The notes under the pieces are model-generated. The model was not told the DNA's origin, did no database searches, and saw nothing but the letters and a program-made list of their open reading frames with translations. Source: Octopus vulgaris (taxonomy: Eukaryota). Taken from it: a stretch of DNA of 64,000 nt. Each line of letters starts with the position of its first letter. Positions within the stretch are counted from its first letter, which is position 1. The stretch lies in assembly GCA_951406725.2 (NCBI GenBank), contig OX597827.1, forward strand, positions 65,906,001-65,970,000. Reading direction: 5' to 3'. A program made the position numbers and the translations under genes. This document shows, in pieces, positions 56,058 to 64,000 of this stretch.

Positions 56058-58219
56058 TATACATTCTATTTCCGTGATATTCAAATACCTAAAATAAAAC
56101 GTGTATGAATTACATTAAAATCCATCATGATTTCTTGATTTGTATAACTTAAAACATTTCCAGTGTTTTAATTTATATTTTCATTTTTAGACTCTACCAA
56201 ATATAATTTCACCGACCCTTATTTCATTTTAATTATTCTCACCTACGCTTCATCAAACAAATCATTATAAACTATTGACTTCTTCAGTACTTTTCCATCT
56301 AAAATTTCGCATTTCAGAATCACATGACAGTCTAAAATATATATTGCGCAGAATACTTTTCGACCAATGTATCTTGCGATAGCACTTTTTATCATTGCAT
56401 GTTAGAGATTTCGCTAATTATATATGAATTAGTTCCAGTTTATTTACTCTTTCCCATTCACAACTTACCCAGGGGCAACATGGCGTTTGCTTTGATCATT
56501 TTCTGCATGAAATTAGATTAATATCATTCAGAGAATCTTCAACCATTTTGCTTTCATCTTTCACCCCTTCATACAGACTATGCCTTCAAAGCAGGAAACT
56601 ATAGCATTAATATAATTAACGGTCACCCGTGGATAATGGCTTCATGCAGCATAAAGTGATTTTTAAATATAATAGTTTTCTATGACACCTCAGTCATCAG
56701 GGATCACAGCCTATACGGAACTGCTGTTTAACGTAGTATTACGCTGCCATCTGGATCTAACTTCATCAAATACCTACTGGTGAATATGTCTTCTGGCAAA
56801 CATTTCTCTAATTGAAATCTAGTCCCCTGTTTTTATTTACCTTTCGGCAAACATTTGCAATCTCGTATTATGTAACAAATCCATTCTTTAAAGAAACCAT
56901 CCATTTGTAAGCCTCGACGATCCAGCCGCACGTACTTCACAGAATCAGAAACCCTTTGACACAGCAAGGATAAAATACTGGTATCCCTCTTGCCTTTAGC
57001 TCGTAAAAGTACATTATTCAATCAAATTTCAATTGATGCCTGTCTCTTATCATACCAGATAAAAGATGTCAGTGGCTGTTTTCAATAGAACTTTGATATT
57101 AACTGTAGTAATCACAAATTCTTTGAAACTTTCAAAATACTTTTCTAGAATCTAAACTTGTATTCCACTACCACCACACAAATAAAAATTAAGCTTAGAT
57201 CTGTATATTCCTTTCAGGTTATCCTATTTGAGATGTTCAAGAGGTTATCAGTACTCATTTTAAACGATTTCTCACTTTGTTACATTAGTTACTTTAATAA
57301 AGCAGAACAATGTCCAAATCTCATTTCTAAAATCATATTAACAATTGGCGGAATCTGATCTGCAAGTTTTCAAATAATGTATTATTTTTCAGTAGAACTC
57401 AATATATTAATCAGTTTAAGATACGAAACTCGGGACTTTTTTTACCCTTCCCTGCAACAACAGTCAAAGGGATTATTTTGGATACGTATCATCTTTCTCG
57501 TATAATCCATAACAGAAATTAATTGTTCTGTACTTAACTAATTTTAACTATTAATTTTCACTAATAGAATTTTCTACTTTTCATCTAAAGTGTTGATTCA
57601 TTTGCAATTTCTTACTTAGATAACTTTGAAATCTTAAAATTCTAAATCAATTTATAGTTTCCTCGTATTTTATTCTTACGTCTATACATTTAAATTGATA
57701 TCCTGGCAATCAGTTACTTTCATTAACGTACCTTAATTACCTATTAAGTATCTTTCAATTATCTCTTAATTATCCCTTAACTATCTTTTATTGAAACTTT
57801 CTCGTTCATTACAGCGTTCGTAGTCTTTTAAGCTAATATTCATTCCAGTTTTGTCATGTATATCTTTGCATCCTTATAATTTAGACGTCTTATTTTTTTG
57901 CCTTTATCTAAAGTTGAACTAAGGAGTGCTTCGATTTCTAGCAAGAAAACAGTAGTCCTGAATATACCTTGCACCTGATCTTATCCATCATGCTCGATAT
58001 TTGTCATTTCTATGCAACGTATTCTTATCCTAAAGTGTAATTTATTTCTTTACTTCATACTCTTTGAATATGTTTGCTCATAACTATTACTACTATTATT
58101 GTGTGAATAAGAACGAATATGAGCATCACTATTACTGTGAAAAATAAAATAAAATAAAATACAGAGCATATGTAATAGTTGCAACGAAAGTTGTTTATTG
58201 CTCGGATATACCAAAATAG

Positions 58220-58400
58220 TTTAGTGGTTATTAGATCTATGGGTTTGAAATCATGAGGTTGTGAGTTCGATTCCCGAACCGAGCTCTGTGTTGTGTTCTG
58301 GAGCAAGATAATTTATTCCACGTTGCTCGAATTAATTAAACCTTAAAAGCAGGTTCCAATGCCACTGGTGCCAAGCTGTACCAGCGTATGTGTTTCTCTT
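58220..58400 (+). mobile_element. Decayed tRNA-derived SINE with CORE-like body
   Basis: tagtggtta...gagttcgattccc (B box)...gttgtgttctggagcaagata. Confidence 0.6.
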
Positions 58401-58744
58401 GGAGAGGTGAGATTGGTATTCATGGACAACTTCTGATCATCCACATTGTATAGCGCCCGAAAAATTCTGCCTCACAACACCTCTTCATAATAAGCAGTTG
58501 AAGGTAAATAGCAATGAACATAGGTCCCTTTGTGTAATTTAACTTAGAATTTCTAATCTAAAATATCAAAATACATAACAAGGGCCTGTAATATAAACCG
58601 CTCAAAGTTACGTAGAGTAGAATAAATTTAGAATAATTGAAAATCAGCCCAAAATATGCACAGCACGTTGTGCCGTGATTACGCATAGAAGTAAAATAAT
58701 ATTGCTATATTGTTGTTCTTATTGCTGTTGATTTTGTTGTTGTA

Positions 58745-58825
<81 letters not shown>

Positions 58826-58879
58826 AAGAAGAAGAAGAAGAAGAAGAAGAAGAAGAAGAAGAAGAAGAAGAAGAAGAAG

Positions 58880-59450
58880 ATTTCCATTTTGTATCTCTTT
58901 CCATTGCGTTGATGTGCTATTCTTGCTGTAAACATCAGCTTCTATTTCTATTTCACGTCACCATACGCTAGTAAATCCTGTAAGATCTTTCGACGGTCAT
59001 ATTCAATTACAGCTTCTGGCCTGTTGTGGTAGACTTTGTAACTTAATTTTCTTGTAATGTCCCTCTATATTTTCCTTACTTAATTGTATCTATGTTTGAA
59101 ACTTTTTTGTTTGGCATTTTGCTTCTTTCACACGTCATATGATTGGCAATATCGACAAATTTGTCACAGATCAGACACTACTAGCTCTTCATCGAGATTT
59201 TTTCTAATCGATTAACATTGGTCAGGAATATATAATATGTCTGTTTCTGGTTTATATCCCATTCTTTCAATCAAACTCACTAATCCATCGTCTACAGTAA
59301 GTACTCTGGATAAAACTGCTCCTGCTACTAAGGTTTTCTAGTTTCAATATTGTTTCCAAAGCATTTGTTGTATTTGTAAATTTTATACAGCTACAAATTC
59401 CCCACCAATCCAGTATCACTGCAATTGTAAACTTTTGTTCGCATTTCCAA
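58880..59450 (-). mobile_element. Highly decayed R4/Dong-like ORF remnant (post-RT/zinc-knuckle region) next to (TTC)n(AAT)n
   Basis: Minus-strand fragments KPETDILY..., ANHMTCERSKMPNKK/FKHRYN*V..., YKVYHNRPEAVIEYDRRKILQDL resemble the R4/Dong motifs KxETE, HIxxxCSKLAxxEYKxRHD and WYxHxPExVxENxxxKILWDF. Many frameshifts. Confidence 0.5.
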
Positions 59451-60208
59451 ATATACATTCGTATTAGTTCTCACATATTACTTCAGAGGTGTTCGAACAG
59501 CACATATTAAATTTTATAGTCTCCTCGGCTGGTGGCGCTGAAACAGTGTTAGAACACTTAAGTTATATTCACAGGCACCGTATATCTATAGCGAATTATT
59601 CGCAGAAGGGCGATTAAAATCAGAATGAAAATATTTTTTGAAAGATGGTGTTACATGTAAATCTATGCAGTCGATAATCCCCGATTAAACATGAATCTCG
59701 ATCATCATACAACTATAAGTTTACTCCATCGCCATTAATGATACATTCTTTTGTATATTAAGTCACTATATCTGGGAGATCAGGAGATTTTCGATACAGG
59801 ATGTTATTCGTTAGGGGTAACGTACCATAATTTAAATTTTGAATCGATTAAAACTTGTGGGAAATATTTCATGGTATGTATGTTGCCAACAAAATATTTC
59901 TGAATATACCCGTTAGATCTTTATTCTAGATGACAAGTATATAAATATTTTGTTATTCTTAACAAATAAAACAACAGAAGAGCAAAATGTAGCAGTATGA
60001 ATATAACGATTACTTTATTTTCCCAAGCATAAATGTGCTGTGAAGATTATTTTTTAAACAGAATTGACTCTCTTAAACGTATAAAAGGCTCACCTAGTAA
60101 GATGAATGAGAGTGACATATAAATTGACGTCTCCAAAACATATACAGTCCATCTAACAGTATCAGCCGTTCACACAATTTTAACTAAACTACAGATGGAA
60201 TATTGTAA

Positions 60209-60595
60209 GTGTGGAAGCACTCCGTCGGTAACGATGATGAGGGTTTGGGTTGATCCGATCAACGGAACAGCCTGCTCGTGAAATTAACGTGTACGTGGCT
60301 GAGCGCTCCACAGACACGTGTACCCTTAACGTAGTTCTCGGGGATATTCAGCGTGACACAGAGAGTGACAAGGCCGGCCCTTTGAAATACAGGTACAACA
60401 GAAGCAGGGAGTAAGAGTGAGAGAAAGTTGTGGTGAAAGAGTACAGCAGGGATCACCACCATCCCCTGCCGGAGTGTCGTGGAGCCTTAGGTGTTTTCGC
60501 TCAATAAACACTCACAACGCCCGGTCTGGGAATCGAAACCGCGATCCTATGACCGCGAGTCCGCTGCCCTAACCACTGAGCCATTGCGCCTCCAC
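60209..60595 (-). mobile_element. SINE family C with an alternative 3' half, flanked by a 12-bp TSD
   Basis: Head as at 27176; perfect direct repeat ggaatattgtaa at 60197-60208 and 60596-60607. Confidence 0.92.
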
Positions 60596-61179
60596 GGAAT
60601 ATTGTAACACACTACATTAGAACAGAACTTACATTAAGATAAGACGTCGTAAATTATAATCATTGCGAATCACGTATAGCACAAGGCAGATATATTTTCT
60701 CTCAAGAAATCTTATCAGAAATAAGCGTCTTCCCAGTTAAGGTTGTAGAATGAAATTTCAATAATTTACGAATTAGAAAATTATACTTATCAGAGGTCAT
60801 CGTTCGCCATGGAAGAGATGACAATATTATAGCATATCAGCAGTATAGTTTCGGATGTGACCTATAGAGCCCACGCACTATGTTATTAAGCTAGGCCTGT
60901 TACGGCATAAGATAACGATTTTCGTAGAGTCGAAGCTTAATAATTTCATTTCTCGTTATTTCTCCTTCAGATAAGGGCTTGTTAACGTTGATATATTTGA
61001 TATACTTATGCATGTCCAACTTCCCATTTTTAATTGGATTATTATTGGATTCCCATTATTACCAACGCTAACTCACACAATCAATAGCTTAGTTTCAAAG
61101 CATATCGGAAAAAAAAACTGTCTCTCTCTTTGTCCCTCTCTCTCTCTCTCTACTATTCTGTACAGAGGGAAGAGTGCAA

Positions 61180-61242
<63 letters not shown>

Positions 61243-62002
61243 GTGAGAATGCGAAAGATTTGGGAAGAATGCAAAACCACACATACACACACACATACAC
61301 ACACACATACACATATATAGTGTGAGTGTGTGTGGATGCGAAAGAGGAGGAAAGCATGTATATATGACCTAAATACTGATATATGTATACCTGTATGTAT
61401 GTAAGTACATAAGTATATATGTGTATACGTCCCTGCATGTATTGTATATATGCGTGTGGTATGTGTTCCTACGCGTTTGTGTGTATATATATATGTGCGT
61501 GAAATATCCACTACAACAAATTGTCTTTACCATGTTCATGGTTATACCGCCATTACTACGCTGCATCCTATATATTTTATCCTTTTTGACAACTCATCTA
61601 TTTTCATTCTCATCTTTTTTTTTATAATTTCATGAAATGCTGAAAGTTACAATGTCTAATGATCGGGACACAATAATCAGGGACCCTGAGATGGCACAAG
61701 ATTCCAAGATTATAAAACTAGTAATATCGTTTCTAATACGAATCTGTTCTTTAATTGAGTTAACAAAAAAGTGAATATTCCAATTTTGGCAATCAATTTA
61801 ACTTGAATGATTTTCTTTTATGATACAGTAGATAGATATATGAGGGCCAATCAGATGCTATTTCTGGTAGATTGCGCGAAAACGTATATGTGGGACGACG
61901 CTTAATGCTGATACGTCACCTTCCATTTTTTCAAACGTCATTTCAACAGCAATGCAACCGCCACCAAAAATAACAGCTACAACAATAACAACAACAATAA
62001 TA

Positions 62003-62216
62003 TTGGCTTCAAATTTTGGAAGAGGATCAAACAGAATGTTCGGGAAAGGAACTCACTCGATTACGTCGACACCAGTCGTTAAATATTACTTCCTTTATCG
62101 ACCCTGATAGGGTAAAAGCAAGGTCTACCATGGCTGTATGCGAACTCTAAACGAAAAGACAGACGAAAAGCCGCAAACATTTTGCCCGGCGTTTTAATGA
62201 TTCTGCCAGCACACCG
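62003..62216 (-). mobile_element. Decayed SINE family B
   Basis: tttatcgaccctgatagggtaaaagcaaggtc...ttttgcccggcg...taatgattctgccagc on the + strand. Confidence 0.7.
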
Positions 62217-62900
62217 CATTTCTAACAACAACTTCCATTATTTTTTTGTGCTGGTAAATCATTTATCACTATCTTTCATATTGGTGTTGGCTAAATACAT
62301 CGCAGGATTTGTTCCAATTGCTAGTGCTCTGAGATCGAATTCTTTAATAGCGTGCTGTCTTCCATGTTTGCCGCGTGATCGAAATATCCGTCGATCAGTG
62401 GAGCTACCAGAATTGATAATCTCTAGTATTTTACTATGTAAAATCAAATTTCTTTGCGGTCTTCTTAGAGGACAATGTTAATCCGTCATTTGTTTTAATA
62501 TCACGACCATGTACTTTTGGTAACTTCAAGAGAAGTTATTATCAAAATTATCCAGGCCAATTCTTTTGTTTCACCATACAGACTTCTTTCTCTTCTGCAA
62601 GCTCGGGCTTTCTGTGGTAAATCTTGAGCATATACTCAGCTCCTGACTTAAAAATATAACAGCCTGCAACATAATCTAATACATCTGTATTTCTTTACAT
62701 GTTCATAATATTACAGGGTGTGAAAACCACAGGGAATCTACCAGGTAAATTGACGTTATTTTATGAGCGAGAAATTACAATCTGACTGGTCTGGGTGATT
62801 TTTATCAGCCCTCCCATGCGCCGACCAAGGAATATGACCAAATACACTGCTTCTATGAGCAACACATCATTTTGACAATACAATATATCTTGGCACACAG

Positions 62901-63501
62901 AAGGCGGAGAGCTGGCAGAGACGTTAGCACTCCGGGCGAAATGCGTAGCCGTATTTCGTCTGACGTTACGTTGTGAGTTCAAATTCCGCCGAGGTCGACT
63001 TTACCTTTCATCCTTTCGGGGTCGATAAATTAAGTACCAGTTACGCACTGGGGTCGATGTAATCGACTTAATACCTATGTCTGTCTTTGTTTGTCCCCTT
63101 TATGTTTAGCCCCTTGTGGGTAATAATGAAATAGGTATTTCGTCTGTCGTTACGTTCTGAGTTCAAATTCCGCCGAGGTCGACTTTGCCTTTCATCCTTT
63201 CGGGGTCGATAAATAAAGTACCAGTTACGCACTGGGTCGATGTAATCTACTTAATCCCTTTGTCTGTCCTTGTTTGTCCCTTCTATGTTTAGTCCCTTGT
63301 GGGTAGTAATGAAATAGGTATTTCGTCTGTCGTTACGTTCTGAGTTCAAATTCAAATTCTGAGATCAAATTTGCCTTTCATTCTTTCGGGGTCGATAAAG
63401 AAAGTACCAGAATCGCACTGGGTCGATGTAATCGACTTAATTCCTTTGTCTGTCCTTGTTTTACCCCTCTTTGTTTAGACCTTTGTGGGTAGTAAAGAAA
63501 T
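62901..63501 (+). mobile_element. SINE family B trimer with an 18-bp TSD
   Basis: One head and three ~185-bp units; atatatcttggcacacag at 62883-62900 and 63502-63519. Confidence 0.93.
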
Positions 63502-64000
63502 ATATATCTTGGCACACAGGATCATAAGTACGCTCTTTTCATTAACACGGTAGGTTAAAGGTGTTCATAGTTCGTCAGCCTTTGTGTCTGTTAGCACTTA
63601 GATCCAGGAGCAATGTTGTTGCTAGTAAAGTTTTTATAAATTTCCTATGTTATTTTATCCGCCTTGTCTTCTTTATTGTAGGTTAAAAGAAAAAAACTGT
63701 TTCTGTATTTAGTTTCATGCTCTTTAGAATTCCGATTTTATCTGACACCCACTTAAAGATGATGAAAATTTCTAAAGACTGCACTAATTTAAGTGTCCAG
63801 TTCTATTTTGCCATGAAATCAATTTGTTACATTTTGTTCTATAAAGATTAACACAATTCTAAAGACGAACCAAAACAAAATGGGGAAAATAATAAAATAA
63901 TATCAACAAAGAAGACACACACATACATATATAAATCGACATTCGAGAAACTTGAGTTGGTTTCGTGAACATTATTTTATATCATTATTAGTTACTTCAG

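Noticed and set aside
56660-56706. Minus-strand CTGATGA...GAAA motif
   Set aside because: No complementary stem I strand after a UH site.
62259-62665. Possible minus-strand exon(s) (GCYIFKSGAEYMLKIYHRKPE...; ORF 62259-62447)
   Set aside because: Short frames broken by stops, weak acceptor, and no protein family I can recognise.

Overview
This is AT-rich, microsatellite-dense animal DNA, almost all non-coding. The repeat families look like those of octopus/cephalopod genomes; that is inference from recognition, not a database result. I cannot support any intact host protein-coding gene, and nearly all ORFs in the track are translations of (TA)n, (CA)n, (TCTA)n or (ATT)n repeats. The window holds: (1) three abundant tRNA-derived SINE families, called A, B and C here; (2) decayed LINE pieces (CR1-like, RTE-like, R4/Dong-like); (3) two Penelope-like (PLE) GIY-YIG endonuclease remnants, plus several non-coding fold-back inserts in (TA)n tracts; (4) mariner, Tc1 and pogo remnants and MITEs. 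The best novelty candidate is a young, ORF-less 660-bp element in (TA)n at 19750-20409. It has a perfect 29-bp 5' fold-back, 146-bp terminal direct repeats (487-nt period) and an apparently intact type I hammerhead ribozyme, suggesting a retrozyme-like or non-autonomous PLE system. Other highlights: a CR1-like LINE whose 3' tail matches SINE A; SINE B multimers with one fixed junction and an 18-bp TSD; and module swapping among SINEs. Coordinates of decayed elements are approximate and were read by eye.
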